This document shows, piece by piece, positions 45,335-54,522 of a DNA stretch of 64,000 nt (the first letter of the stretch is position 1; every line of letters begins with the position of its first letter). The stretch comes from a virus. Both the position numbers and the translations under genes were made by a program. The stretch is from IMG/VR virus record IMGVR_UViG_3300025082_000007, positions 6,756 through 70,755 of that record. One strand, written 5' to 3'. The notes below the pieces were generated by a model, which made no database searches, had not been told where the DNA came from, and saw only the letters and a list, made by a program, of their open reading frames with translations.

Positions 45335-46155
45335 TGCGTTATATTGGGACGACTCCAAACCAGTACGGTGATACGCTCCTTACATCTGATGCGGACGACC
45401 AGATAAATGTCAAAGTCGGTGGCGCTGAGGATTTCAGGATATCTGCTAATACACTGAGTGTGCTGTCTGGCACGACCCTCAATATTGATAGTGGCGCGAC
45501 CATAGCGAATAGTGGGACTGCTACTGGGTTTGGCAGCGGCCTTGCTTCCGGTGATGTAATTCCAGCGGATGATGGATCAGTTGGTGCGCCAGGATTATCG
45601 TTTGCCGATGATACAGACAACGGCCTTTACCGCATTGGCGCTGACAATTTCGGCGTGGCCGTTGCTGGCGCTTTGGCGATGGAGTTTGACCCCATTGGCG
45701 CGGTGCAACTGCCCTTGCAGCCCAGCTTCAATGCCTATAGTGGCACCAACCAAGCCTCCGCAACTGGCGACGGCACTGTTGTAACTGTAGGCTTTGACGT
45801 TGAGCGACACGATATCAATGCTGATTACAACACTAGCACCTTCACATTTACAGCACCAGTGGACGGTACTTATCTGCTTACGTTTAGTGTCCGTTTTGAT
45901 GATGCCACGACTGCTAACGATGAAGCTACCTTCAATATCAATACGTCAAACTACCTTTATAATCATATAATCCATCCCGGCTATTTGGTAGAGCAAGACA
46001 GTGGAGCGGAACGGGTCTACTGGAGAATGCAAGCGTTGGTTTATATGGACGCGGCGGACACTTCAACCTGTAGTATGGCAGTGAAAGGCGCGACCAAGAT
46101 TGTTGATGTACGAAACGATCAGGCGACTACATTCAGTGGCGTTCTGATAGCTTAG
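45334..46155 (+). CDS. Tail fibre/receptor-binding protein with C1q-like C-terminal domain
   Basis: DGSVGAPGLSFADDTDNGLYR; QPSFNAY; FTAPVDGTYL; FSGVLIA. Confidence 0.75.
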   Translation: MRYIGTTPNQYGDTLLTSDADDQINVKVGGAEDFRISANTLSVLSGTTLNIDSGATIANSGTATGFGSGLASGDVIPADDGSVGAPGLSFADDTDNGLYRIGADNFGVAVAGALAMEFDPIGAVQLPLQPSFNAYSGTNQASATGDGTVVTVGFDVERHDINADYNTSTFTFTAPVDGTYLLTFSVRFDDATTANDEATFNINTSNYLYNHIIHPGYLVEQDSGAERVYWRMQALVYMDAADTSTCSMAVKGATKIVDVRNDQATTFSGVLIA

Positions 46156-46164
46156 GAGAGAGTT

Positions 46165-46497
46165 ATGGCCGATATGCTTACGATCACCGTCGAATATAAG
46201 GGCAAGACATTCACTAAGTCTGTGGATGGGAGCGCCCTCAAGGCTTTGGAAAACGACCTGCGCGACACGGGCGATATGGATGACCCCTGTGATGTTGTTG
46301 GCTGGATATTCGCCGGGCCATTCGCTGGGAAAATCAACAACTGCGCCAAGAAGATGGCGAGGGCTGAAGTTGAACGGCTCAAGGCTGACCCTGCCGTGAC
46401 CACGATGCCAGCAACAGATGATGCTCTTGTTGAGTCTGCTGCTGCCGCGCCGGGGTACAAAAACCGTTCAGCACGGGATGCTGAGGTGAACGAATAG
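46165..46497 (+). CDS. Putative fibre chaperone/hypothetical protein
   Basis: RBS aggag; GKINNC; YKNRS.RD; follows fibre gene. Confidence 0.6.
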   Translation: MADMLTITVEYKGKTFTKSVDGSALKALENDLRDTGDMDDPCDVVGWIFAGPFAGKINNCAKKMARAEVERLKADPAVTTMPATDDALVESAAAAPGYKNRSARDAEVNE

Positions 46498-46537
46498 GGC
46501 ACCAAGGCCGCGCACCCCAAACCAGAGGGAGCCGAGG

Positions 46538-46702
46538 ATGACTGATCAGCACGTATATCCCGTGGGCGATCTGAGGGAACACGAGACCGAGGGTGGCGAC
46601 TGCTGGTGTAAGCCACGGGTGTTCTGGACGTCCCGACAGGATCGGCTGGTGGCGCACAACAGCCTGGACCGGCGCGAGGACTACGAGGGGGCGGTACATT
46701 GA
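46538..46702 (+). CDS. Small His/Cys protein not in ORF track
   Basis: Manual translation MTDQHVYPVGDLREHETEGGDCWCKPRVFWTSRQDRLVAHNSLDRREDYEGAVH. Confidence 0.6.
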   Translation: MTDQHVYPVGDLREHETEGGDCWCKPRVFWTSRQDRLVAHNSLDRREDYEGAVH

Positions 46703-46715
46703 CCATAGGTGATAC

Positions 46716-46844
46716 ATGACCCAATCTCTAGCCCTCATCGCCCTTGGTATCGTCGCGGCTCTCCGTCGTTTTCGATGGACGCTGATGCTCGTCTGCGCGG
46801 GGTTCTTGATCGGGCTGGGCTACTACGTTGCAGGGCTGGTATAG
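46716..46844 (+). CDS. Small membrane protein not in ORF track
   Basis: MTQSLALIALGIVAALRRFRWTLMLVCAGFLIGLGYYVAGLV. Confidence 0.5.
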   Translation: MTQSLALIALGIVAALRRFRWTLMLVCAGFLIGLGYYVAGLV

Positions 46845-46846
46845 CC

Positions 46847-47197
46847 ATGACGCCCACCAACTCTCCTGTCCTACCAGTGTCGTGTCCGTTGCGACGACCG
46901 AACTGGGTACAGTATGTCCTGACAATCGTCATTGTTATAGTCGGCGGCGTTTTCGTGTATGGACAGTTGACACAAAAGGTTATCTCATTGTCTGAAGCTC
47001 ATGCAGCGAGCGAGAAGGTCACCGCAGAGGTCACAGTGGCTGTGCAAAATCAGAGCATTGAACAGGCTGTGCTAAAACAGCAAGTCGAGAACATTCAGAC
47101 GGAACAACGAGAGTTTCGTGCAGAAGTGAAGGACTCCCTAAAGGAGATAGTGCGTAAGATCGATGGTCGCTTCACAAGAAGAGGAGATATCCCATGA
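46847..47197 (+). CDS. TM + coiled-coil protein (lysis region)
   Basis: YVLTIVIVIVGGVFVYG then heptad-like region. Confidence 0.6.
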   Translation: MTPTNSPVLPVSCPLRRPNWVQYVLTIVIVIVGGVFVYGQLTQKVISLSEAHAASEKVTAEVTVAVQNQSIEQAVLKQQVENIQTEQREFRAEVKDSLKEIVRKIDGRFTRRGDIP

Positions 47198-47373
47198 CGT
47201 TTCTTTCAGGTAAGAAGACGTATATCATTGCAACTCTAATGGTTGCTGTCGGTATCGTTCAAGGTTTAACTGGTGAAGTCGCGGCGTGGCAAGGTGTGAT
47301 TGATAATGCATTGATCATCTTGAACGGTGTCGGTTTCGCTGCGATTCGTGCTGGTGTTGCGAAAGCATCGTAA
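47194..47373 (+). CDS. Holin (2 TM) not in ORF track
   Basis: RBS gaggag; MTFLSGKKTYIIATLMVAVGIVQGLTGEVAAWQGVIDNALIILNGVGFAAIRAGVAKAS. Confidence 0.7.
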   Translation: MTFLSGKKTYIIATLMVAVGIVQGLTGEVAAWQGVIDNALIILNGVGFAAIRAGVAKAS

Positions 47374-47618
47374 TGTTCTCTTGGCTATCACTAGCCAATA
47401 TTCTGTTCAAGGTCGTCAACAACGTGTTGGCGCACCTTGAGCGGAAGGAGTTGATGGATGCTGGTGAGTTGAAGGCTATTCAAAAGAACAATGAGGTTGC
47501 ACTGAAGTCAGTGCAGAAAGCTAATGAAATCGAACGTGAGATTGATAGGGCTAGTGAGTCTGCTATTACTAAGCGGATGCTTCGGTGGACCCGCCGCTGG
47601 AGTAGTAACGATACATGA
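47373..47618 (+). CDS. Putative i-spanin (Rz-like)
   Basis: Hydrophobic N-terminus, coiled coil, overlapped by a lipoprotein gene. Confidence 0.55.
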   Translation: MFSWLSLANILFKVVNNVLAHLERKELMDAGELKAIQKNNEVALKSVQKANEIEREIDRASESAITKRMLRWTRRWSSNDT

Positions 47619-47850
47619 TGCATGTGTCCTGTTTGGACCGCTGTACATGTCTCCTGCTACTCAGTCGTTTTGGCAACAGGGTGCTATTCGCGGACATGCG
47701 GGTGTAATCAGTGATCGGCGTGATGTTGTGAAGCATAACCAGAAATACGCTGACATTTGCGAGAAGGGCGATCCCAATGCCAAATTTCAGTTCCCGAAGC
47801 CAGATAAATCTAGCCCAGTGCCACCCAAACCTTCAGCGCGTATTCAATGA
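47524..47850 (+). CDS. Putative o-spanin lipoprotein (Rz1-like)
   Basis: Signal peptide with lipobox LLSG-C. Confidence 0.6.
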   Translation: MKSNVRLIGLVSLLLLSGCFGGPAAGVVTIHDACVLFGPLYMSPATQSFWQQGAIRGHAGVISDRRDVVKHNQKYADICEKGDPNAKFQFPKPDKSSPVPPKPSARIQ

Positions 47851-48169
47851 AGTAGTCAAGACATTTGACTGTACAATATTCACTGGTGAACGTGGACAAG
47901 AGCAACAAGATGAGTTGTTTCGACAAGGCAAAACAAAGGTCAAGTTCCCTGGAAGCAAACACAATCAATCTCCATCCCTCGCAGTTGATGCCGCCCCATA
48001 CCCTATCGATTGGCATGATCGGGAACGTGCATCCTTCTTTGCTGGATACGTCTTGGGCATTGCCAGCGAACTGGACATTGAGCTACGATGGGGTGGAGAT
48101 TGGGACCAAGACTGGCAAGTCAGGGATAACAACTTCGATGACTTGTGGCACTTTGAGTTGGTGATGTAA
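47777..48169 (+). CDS. Endolysin, M15 L-Ala-D-Glu peptidase family
   Basis: FSSRS..NL..CHP.L; GER...Q..LF..GK; SKHN...S.AVD; WGGDW; D..HFEL. Confidence 0.92.
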   Translation: MPNFSSRSQINLAQCHPNLQRVFNEVVKTFDCTIFTGERGQEQQDELFRQGKTKVKFPGSKHNQSPSLAVDAAPYPIDWHDRERASFFAGYVLGIASELDIELRWGGDWDQDWQVRDNNFDDLWHFELVM

Positions 48170-48170
48170 G

Positions 48171-48356
48171 ATGGTAGGCCAATTCGATTTTGGATTTGGG
48201 CCTGGGATGGAAGATCCTGGGAGTGCCTTTGACTTTGGTCTTGGTCCCGCATCAGGTCCACCTACTGAATTAGAACTTAGAGAAAAAGACCCTCAGTTTA
48301 ATATCTCTGAGAGAGAGAATGCTGAATTAGATGCTATCTTTGGTCGGACCTCCTAG
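48171..48356 (+). CDS. Small hypothetical protein with FDFG.GP repeat
   Basis: FDFGFGP and FDFGLGP. Confidence 0.4.
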   Translation: MVGQFDFGFGPGMEDPGSAFDFGLGPASGPPTELELREKDPQFNISERENAELDAIFGRTS

Positions 48357-48375
48357 TGAGGGGTTAGGTCCAGGT

Positions 48376-48639
48376 GTGGAAGAGTTAGACACCTTCCGAA
48401 CTCTTATAACTGTCGGTGGCGCTTTACTAACGCTGGCGGGAGCTTGGTTCGCTGTCAAATATGGGCTGAAGTCCAATACTGAAAAGATCGATAAACTCTC
48501 AAGACAAGTCGAGGTGCAGTGGAAGCGCCTCGATGAGGTTAGTGTTGAAACTCAGAAGTTTGAAACTACGATTTCATGGCAGCGTAAAGATATTGATGAC
48601 CTACGTGAAGAACAGAGATACCAGAGTCGTAAATCTTAA
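48376..48639 (+). CDS. TM + coiled-coil protein
   Basis: LITVGGALLTLAGAWFAV then coiled coil. Confidence 0.6.
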   Translation: MEELDTFRTLITVGGALLTLAGAWFAVKYGLKSNTEKIDKLSRQVEVQWKRLDEVSVETQKFETTISWQRKDIDDLREEQRYQSRKS

Positions 48640-48682
48640 CCCCGGTTACTTCCTTACAGCCAGACGATGATCGTCAGCTTTG

Positions 48683-49309
48683 CTATAGTTCTGAGCTGCC
48701 CTCTCCAGACGGATCTGTATTGCTGAATGTAGCAGTTCTTCTTTTCTTCCTGAGCCCAGGTCTATGCCCTGGTCTAACGCACCCAACCTCACCCTCTACA
48801 AAGCCGTGGTCGGGATCACGTGATCCCAATTTTACTAACTCTTCATCAGTGTGCTTGTATGTAGCAGCTATATCTAGCTCAGGCTCAGAGCCGTCAACCA
48901 TTGTCATCGCTTCGACGCGCATGAAATGAGGCTGACGAACACTCTTGATCTTCCCTTCATTACGCAACATGATCTCCAGGCGAGCTAGCGCACACCAAGC
49001 TACTTGAGCAGCATGAAGCACATCAAAATCTTCTGAGTTCTGCTTCATCCCTCCTGTATCGTCTAGCATATGTCCTAAGAGAGCGTCAGAATAACGTTCG
49101 ATACCGTTCTCCACCTCCAAGTAGCCCATGTCGCCAGAGCTAGTATTATACTTTTTCACAGCACACTCATTTGAAACTATAGCCACTTCCCGGAGTGCTA
49201 GAGGAAAGCGAGCTACACAGCCGGTATATATCGGCACCTTCTCACCATCCTTCTTGGACTTGCTATCGTCTTTAGTGGGGCCGTAGTTATCTAAATGCCT
49301 ATCTTTCAT
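48683..49309 (-). CDS. dATP/dGTP diphosphohydrolase-domain protein (DUF5664-like)
   Basis: K.DGEK; FPLALREVA.V....KKY; RYSDALLGH; LHAAQVAWCALARL. Confidence 0.75.
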   Translation of the reverse strand: MKDRHLDNYGPTKDDSKSKKDGEKVPIYTGCVARFPLALREVAIVSNECAVKKYNTSSGDMGYLEVENGIERYSDALLGHMLDDTGGMKQNSEDFDVLHAAQVAWCALARLEIMLRNEGKIKSVRQPHFMRVEAMTMVDGSEPELDIAATYKHTDEELVKLGSRDPDHGFVEGEVGCVRPGHRPGLRKKRRTATFSNTDPSGEGSSEL

Positions 49310-49680
49310 TCTAGATCTCCTATTTCTTCAAAATTGTGCATATAGTGAACGATCTCCAGAAAATCGTCAGCGCTGAGAGTGACGAGCCAAGGCTTGTGAT
49401 CCTTGCGGTGGAACACTACTGGTGTCATCCCAGCGTCAGGGTCTTGCTCTCCCTCCAGTTTTTCGAGAGCATCATAAAGGTTCAATTGCTGGCGAAGCTT
49501 TATCTCAAGAGCGAAGCTGATCCCTGCTGGGCGAAGGTTGTGCATGTTATGGATTACGTCAGGGCTATCTGGTCCTCCCTTCCGTTGTTTCCCTCGCTCA
49601 GCTTCCCATCCCCACCCTTTCAGAAGCTTGGAAACCTCTAGCTCCCCTCGTATACCTTTGTCGCGGCTAAACTTACTCAT
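49306..49680 (-). CDS. Holliday junction resolvase-like PD-(D/E)XK nuclease
   Basis: SRDKG.RGE.EV; DSPDV; LEIK; PVVFHRK...W.V. Confidence 0.8.
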   Translation of the reverse strand: MSKFSRDKGIRGELEVSKLLKGWGWEAERGKQRKGGPDSPDVIHNMHNLRPAGISFALEIKLRQQLNLYDALEKLEGEQDPDAGMTPVVFHRKDHKPWLVTLSADDFLEIVHYMHNFEEIGDLE

Positions 49681-49739
49681 TTGCAATCCCTAAACCTAGC
49701 CATTTTTCGAAAGATGCGCCTTTGATACCCCAGTCCGTA

Positions 49740-49985
49740 TCAGCCTCCATTCAAGCTTGCGGCAAGAGCCTCGGCCTCGATGACGGCGATGGCGAAAGCG
49801 CAGCGGTTGCTCTTGCCCCAAAATTGGCGGTCCCAGACCTCGACCACGCGGATAGCTCCACGAGCGCGGTCACTGATCATGGCGACATCTTCGACGCCAT
49901 CTTCGACCTCGATGACGGCGACCTTGCCGTAGCGGCCCCAGCAACTGCCGGGCATCTGGGCGGTGGCGGTTTTGGTGATGAACAT
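49740..49985 (-). CDS. Hypothetical protein (GC-rich insert)
   Basis: RBS aggag; codon usage like the left arm. Confidence 0.7.
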   Translation of the reverse strand: MFITKTATAQMPGSCWGRYGKVAVIEVEDGVEDVAMISDRARGAIRVVEVWDRQFWGKSNRCAFAIAVIEAEALAASLNGG

Positions 49986-50051
49986 CTGCTGTCTCCTATC
50001 TCGGGGTTGCGAATACTGGAACCACTACTATTATTTTAGGATGTTCCCAAG

Positions 50052-52100
50052 TCATTTGCGGTATCTCTCTCCTTCCCATACCTCACCGCGTATAGGCCAA
50101 TTTCGATACCACTTCGCGGTGCGGGTTTCCATGATCTCTTGAAACTCCTCAACAGAGCCATAGCCATTTGGTACGTCGCACACCACCTCATCATAGACAG
50201 AGAGGATCACAGGATACCCAGCCTTCTCTGCGGCCAGCTCAGCGAGCTTTAGTATCTCACGGCTCATAGCCTGGACAGCGTTTTCTGTCAGCTTCCCACC
50301 ATAGGTGTGAACACGCTGCCATCGCCCTTCTTTATGCGACATATAGGTGAGCTTGGGGACAGGCTCGCAATCACATTCCCCATTCATACAATCCTCCCTC
50401 TCTTTCGGCTTGTGCCAGGGGGGCATACCCAAGCGGATGTCAGGTGCCCAGTACCACAGACGTTTACCGTTGGGGAGGATCATCGTGAGCCAACCATCAA
50501 CACGCTCAAAAGAGATGCCGCTTACTTCATCCCAAAAAAGTTTATCAGGATATATGACCGCATCGAAAGCTAGCTCCTGAAGATTATGCCAGAGGTCCAC
50601 AGTCATAGGATGCTCATCTCTCCAAGCTCGGCATATTTTAATGACCCGTCCATCCGTGTGACGATCACTGTCATCGAAATTTCGCCACGCACCTAAAGCG
50701 CCTTGATATCCAAATGCAAGTTCCCCTGTCTTTCCATCCTGGCGTTCAAGAGGGTGGGACTTTTTAGTAATTGTTCCGGTAGGTAGTCCATGGATTTTCT
50801 CTCCCATCCTCTCATAGATTAGTTCGCCGTCAATAAACGCTTGCATCTTCCACTCTTCCCTGGCCACAAAAGCCAGGACGATAGCTTCGATGCTAGCAAA
50901 ATCCCCTGCGATGATACGACTACCCTCTGATGCTGTGATCCAATGCCGCGAAGCATTACCCACCGCTTCCATAGCGTCACCATAGAGAGCATCAAGAAAC
51001 TTAGCGCTGCCATGATTGATGTCGCTCACCATCTGATCAGGGTCTACTCCATCCCCGCGAGTGAGATTTAGCGGCTGAAATCCTGATCCCGTATTACGAC
51101 CAGTAGCGGCACCGTGATATCTAGTTTGCCATCGCGCTCTACCATCATTGCCACAGTGACGGATCATCGCATCCATCTTCTTTGTGCTTGCGCGAGCATA
51201 GCGGCGGCGGATGTTGAGAGCCTTCCTCACCTCCCCCTGTGGACTATCAGGACCATCAAGGAGATCATCGATAGTGTCCTTTTGAAGGTTCTCCATCTCC
51301 AGCCCGCGCTCAGCTAACCAATCTAATACCTTGTCTCGCTGCCCAGGCTTCAACCCAGTCATCTCTTTGAACTCGTCCTCCAGGTCAGCAGCCCTATCCT
51401 CAACGATACGTCGAGCGCCAACGATCCCAGATCGATCCAGCCTCATTCCCCGGTGCGCCACTTTGAAATCGTGTAGCCAGATATCTTCCTCCGGTTCCGG
51501 CAGCAAGCCTAGGAAGTTCCCAACCTGACGTTCAAGGTGTACGTCCCGATCACAATACTTCACAAACTTGGCCAAGTCCTCAGGAGGTATCTCGATCTTG
51601 GATGTCTTGAGATGAAGCTTGCTGTATTTGGTGATGAGCCGCCCACCTTCTGGGTCCTTACCAGGGAGCCCAAGAGGGCCACAGAGGCGGTCCAGTGCCG
51701 CGGGGAGGGCATAGTAGCAAGCGAGAGCCATACTGTCCCTCCAGCGATCTAAAGGTATCTCAGGCCACCCCAGGCACTTGACACCTATGTTCTCCCAGAT
51801 TGAAACTTCGAAGGCTGCGTTGTGCGCTTCAATCAGTTGGTGTTTACATTGTACCAGCTCCATTAGACTGAAGAGGTTATCTTCGTGGCGACCGTTTATT
51901 TTACCCACGGCAGGGTTCAACCAGTTGTATATCGGGCTGTCGCCCACTGCCCAACTAGCGCAGATGATTTCGGTGCTGGGATGTTCGGAATAAGACCATG
52001 CACCGACCTTAGTTAGGTCAGCCTCGCTGCGGGTTTCGAAGTCGAGGACGATGGTCATTTGTATCTCTCTACCCAGTTTAGGTCTTTCGTCATCAGGCAT
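50052..52100 (-). CDS. polA: Family A DNA polymerase (phage SPO2/APSE-like)
   Basis: Exo I LDFETRS; AHNAAFE; YCDRDV; YHGAATGR; motif A DFASIE; motif B RQDGK..ELAFGYQG; YGGKLTENAVQA; motif C VYDE. Confidence 0.95.
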   Translation of the reverse strand: MPDDERPKLGREIQMTIVLDFETRSEADLTKVGAWSYSEHPSTEIICASWAVGDSPIYNWLNPAVGKINGRHEDNLFSLMELVQCKHQLIEAHNAAFEVSIWENIGVKCLGWPEIPLDRWRDSMALACYYALPAALDRLCGPLGLPGKDPEGGRLITKYSKLHLKTSKIEIPPEDLAKFVKYCDRDVHLERQVGNFLGLLPEPEEDIWLHDFKVAHRGMRLDRSGIVGARRIVEDRAADLEDEFKEMTGLKPGQRDKVLDWLAERGLEMENLQKDTIDDLLDGPDSPQGEVRKALNIRRRYARASTKKMDAMIRHCGNDGRARWQTRYHGAATGRNTGSGFQPLNLTRGDGVDPDQMVSDINHGSAKFLDALYGDAMEAVGNASRHWITASEGSRIIAGDFASIEAIVLAFVAREEWKMQAFIDGELIYERMGEKIHGLPTGTITKKSHPLERQDGKTGELAFGYQGALGAWRNFDDSDRHTDGRVIKICRAWRDEHPMTVDLWHNLQELAFDAVIYPDKLFWDEVSGISFERVDGWLTMILPNGKRLWYWAPDIRLGMPPWHKPKEREDCMNGECDCEPVPKLTYMSHKEGRWQRVHTYGGKLTENAVQAMSREILKLAELAAEKAGYPVILSVYDEVVCDVPNGYGSVEEFQEIMETRTAKWYRNWPIRGEVWEGERYRK

Positions 52101-52587
52101 CTTCCTTTGGGATCACGTGATCCCGCCACTTGTGGCACATCTCCAGCATTTCTTTCGCAGCGCTCTTGCTGATCAAACGCCCGTAGAGTGGCCCAGCCAA
52201 GCGCCGTGAAATCTCACTTATCGCTCGCCGCCTCTCAGGACGGTGCGCCCCGTTCTGGAGGAACCACAGGTACTCAGCTTGGTGCGCCGGTAACTCCTCA
52301 TCGAAGCGAAATTTTATATCGTTGATGTAGCAGTTCCACCAATCCCAGACACCTTTCTCACGGCTAGCGTCAGTGATACCCTCCCATATAGCACCATGGA
52401 GATTTATCACGAAAGCTCTCTGGCGAGCCATATGGACAGCCTCATGTGCGATCAAATGCTTTGGTATCTGCACTCCATTAGGATTATAGATGTCTTCCCC
52501 CCAAGCAAAAATAACCGACTTCCCTTTGACAGGAAATGACTTACGTATCTCGTTGATGTTCGGTGGATACTCGCGGATAATATTCAT
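52093..52587 (-). CDS. HExxH zincin-like protein
   Basis: LIAHEAVHMARQ...EELPAHQAEY. Confidence 0.65.
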   Translation of the reverse strand: MNIIREYPPNINEIRKSFPVKGKSVIFAWGEDIYNPNGVQIPKHLIAHEAVHMARQRAFVINLHGAIWEGITDASREKGVWDWWNCYINDIKFRFDEELPAHQAEYLWFLQNGAHRPERRRAISEISRRLAGPLYGRLISKSAAKEMLEMCHKWRDHVIPKEDA

Positions 52588-52599
52588 ACTTCCTTCCTC

Positions 52600-52637
52600 A
52601 AAAGAAAAGGGGTGTGCCTGTGGGAAGACACACCCCT
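52600..52637 (-). terminator. Intrinsic terminator
   Basis: aggggtgtg/cacacccct stem followed by TTTTCTTTT on minus strand. Confidence 0.7.
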
Positions 52638-52654
52638 CAAGATCGACGCCTAAA

Positions 52655-53308
52655 CTACTTACCCCTGCGGCGCCGACCTTTTCCCTCACTCTCCTCATTC
52701 ACCTTGGAGGTGAACATGGAAGCGCCCGCATTGGAGCCACGCAAAGGATCACCATCCCTGGTGAACTGGTACGCCTGAAGGTAGAGACTAACGCCCCGCA
52801 CCGTACCATCGCGTCCCTCCATCTCATACGCATTGGGAGTGAGGATAGCAATGCCGTAACTGCCATTGTAGACCTTCCCACGCTCTTCAAAGGTCATCTG
52901 CTCAGCGGCAGCATCCGCAACATAGACACCACCACTATCATCATAGCCATTAGCGTTGTAGATGGTAGCTGCGCGAATGACATCAAAGCCCTGGTAAGCT
53001 TCACCATTCTTACCTTTCTTCTCCCTCTTCTTGGCCATCTCATCGCCGTCCAGGATTGGACTACGGATATCTCCGTCGTCATACTCCTGCTCTGCATCCT
53101 CGCCCCACTCCTCGACAGCACAGGCAACGATAGCGTTCTCCAACTCCTCCAAGTCGTCAGGATTGAAAGCCATCTCAACCTTGTACTGGGGTGTTCCCTC
53201 CTTCCCCCTCTCAGGGGTGTAGACATCTTTTGTCCACAAAGAGCCGTTGATCAACCGCCCCTCAGGGGTCATGATCTTTTTCTTCTTGTCTTCGGTCGCT
53301 TTGGCCAT
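52655..53308 (-). CDS. ssDNA-binding protein, DUF2815 (T7 gp2.5-like)
   Basis: TPEGRL; PILDGD; VYNG.YG; GVSLYLQAYQF.RDGDPL.G. Confidence 0.82.
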   Translation of the reverse strand: MAKATEDKKKKIMTPEGRLINGSLWTKDVYTPERGKEGTPQYKVEMAFNPDDLEELENAIVACAVEEWGEDAEQEYDDGDIRSPILDGDEMAKKREKKGKNGEAYQGFDVIRAATIYNANGYDDSGGVYVADAAAEQMTFEERGKVYNGSYGIAILTPNAYEMEGRDGTVRGVSLYLQAYQFTRDGDPLRGSNAGASMFTSKVNEESEGKGRRRRGK

Positions 53309-53322
53309 AGTCAATCTTCCTT

Positions 53323-54522
53323 CTAATTATTGTGTTGGGGTTTGAACATAGACCTAGTGCTAGGTCCAGCTTCGTTACGGGCATCACTGGCTTGAGCCAG
53401 TTGCATACCTTTCTCAGGCTTGAAAGCGTACTCAGCCGTGAACTTCTTCCCTCCTGGCAACTTATCGATCTTGGCTGGAGACTTTAACTCAGGTGTCGTG
53501 AAAGCTTTCGCCTTGCCGAACTTTTTGATCGCTGCCTTTTCAGCGGTTTCTTTGAACTCACGATTGGAGCGAGCTTTCACCAGCTTCCACCCTGGTATCT
53601 CCGCTCCTCCCTCTGCGCGAGCGAAGCCATTCTCCCTAGCCGCCTTGATGGAGATTTTCATCACCTCACCAAGGTCTAGCAAGCGAGCGATATCCTTGTT
53701 GGATAGCTTCTTCGCCCCTCCCTTTTTTTCCATTTTAGTCATGAGTTCCGTTAGCTCCTCCTCGTCAGCAACGAGTTGCGGGCAAGCTCTCCAGCGAGCG
53801 GGACAGAAACGACAGTGATCACCACTGGCTGTGTCAGTCGAAGTCTGAGCGCGGTTCATAGCTGGCTTCAAAATGTTATCCAACCATTTCGCTAGTTCAC
53901 TTTTTCCAAGCGACCACTCACGCAACGGGCCGTCACTATGCCACCCTCTGGGTTGAGCCACGTGCAGGACTATGGTTTCAACCTCATCCCACAAGTCCAA
54001 ATCCTCAAGCGCCCCTACAGCGTAGTACATAAGCTGAGGGTTGCCCTCCACATCTACAACAATCCCAGCACCATGCTTGTAATCCCACACATGGAGCTTA
54101 CTATTGGCCTTGTCATAGTGGATGAAATCAGCGGTGCCGTAGAATAGCTCATGGATATCTGGGCAGTGAAAATTACGCTCTACCCAGGTGTTGCCCTGGT
54201 TCTGGTTAGGGTGTTCGTGGCGAATGGCGTCAAGATAGACCTGGGCGGCATCCGCCATATCCTTATCTACTACTAACGCTCCATCGCATGGAGTACCAGC
54301 AAGTACGATATCTTGCCCGTCATACCAGGAGCCAATGAGTGGCCAAGCATCTTTAGCGCTTTCAAGGCAGTCAGATGCTAAGGTATGAGCAGCAGTGCCG
54401 ACTGCGGCGAACTCACTCTCTGGATCAATAACCCCTTCGCTATTGCCCACGGAGCCGGGGCATACCATCCAACGATATGCCCCGCTCGCTCCCAGAGGAG
54501 AGTGAGCTTGTAGTTCGCTCAC
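53323..54522 (-). CDS. DUF2800 Cas4-like PD-(D/E)XK exonuclease
   Basis: HS.LGASGAYRWMVCPGS; GTAAH; GTAD; DYKHGAG; NPQL.YYA; GDHCRFC; GWKLV. Confidence 0.9.
   Translation of the reverse strand: MSELQAHSPLGASGAYRWMVCPGSVGNSEGVIDPESEFAAVGTAAHTLASDCLESAKDAWPLIGSWYDGQDIVLAGTPCDGALVVDKDMADAAQVYLDAIRHEHPNQNQGNTWVERNFHCPDIHELFYGTADFIHYDKANSKLHVWDYKHGAGIVVDVEGNPQLMYYAVGALEDLDLWDEVETIVLHVAQPRGWHSDGPLREWSLGKSELAKWLDNILKPAMNRAQTSTDTASGDHCRFCPARWRACPQLVADEEELTELMTKMEKKGGAKKLSNKDIARLLDLGEVMKISIKAARENGFARAEGGAEIPGWKLVKARSNREFKETAEKAAIKKFGKAKAFTTPELKSPAKIDKLPGGKKFTAEYAFKPEKGMQLAQASDARNEAGPSTRSMFKPQHNN

Noticed and set aside
48683-52100. Z-genome or 7-deazaguanine pathway
   Set aside because: No PurZ, QueC/D/E, FolE or DpdA recognisable; the radical SAM at 33341 has a SPASM tail and does not look like QueE
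53323-54522. Cas4 as evidence of a CRISPR-Cas system
   Set aside because: DUF2800-type solo nuclease in its usual DUF2815/PolA replication context; no other cas genes or array
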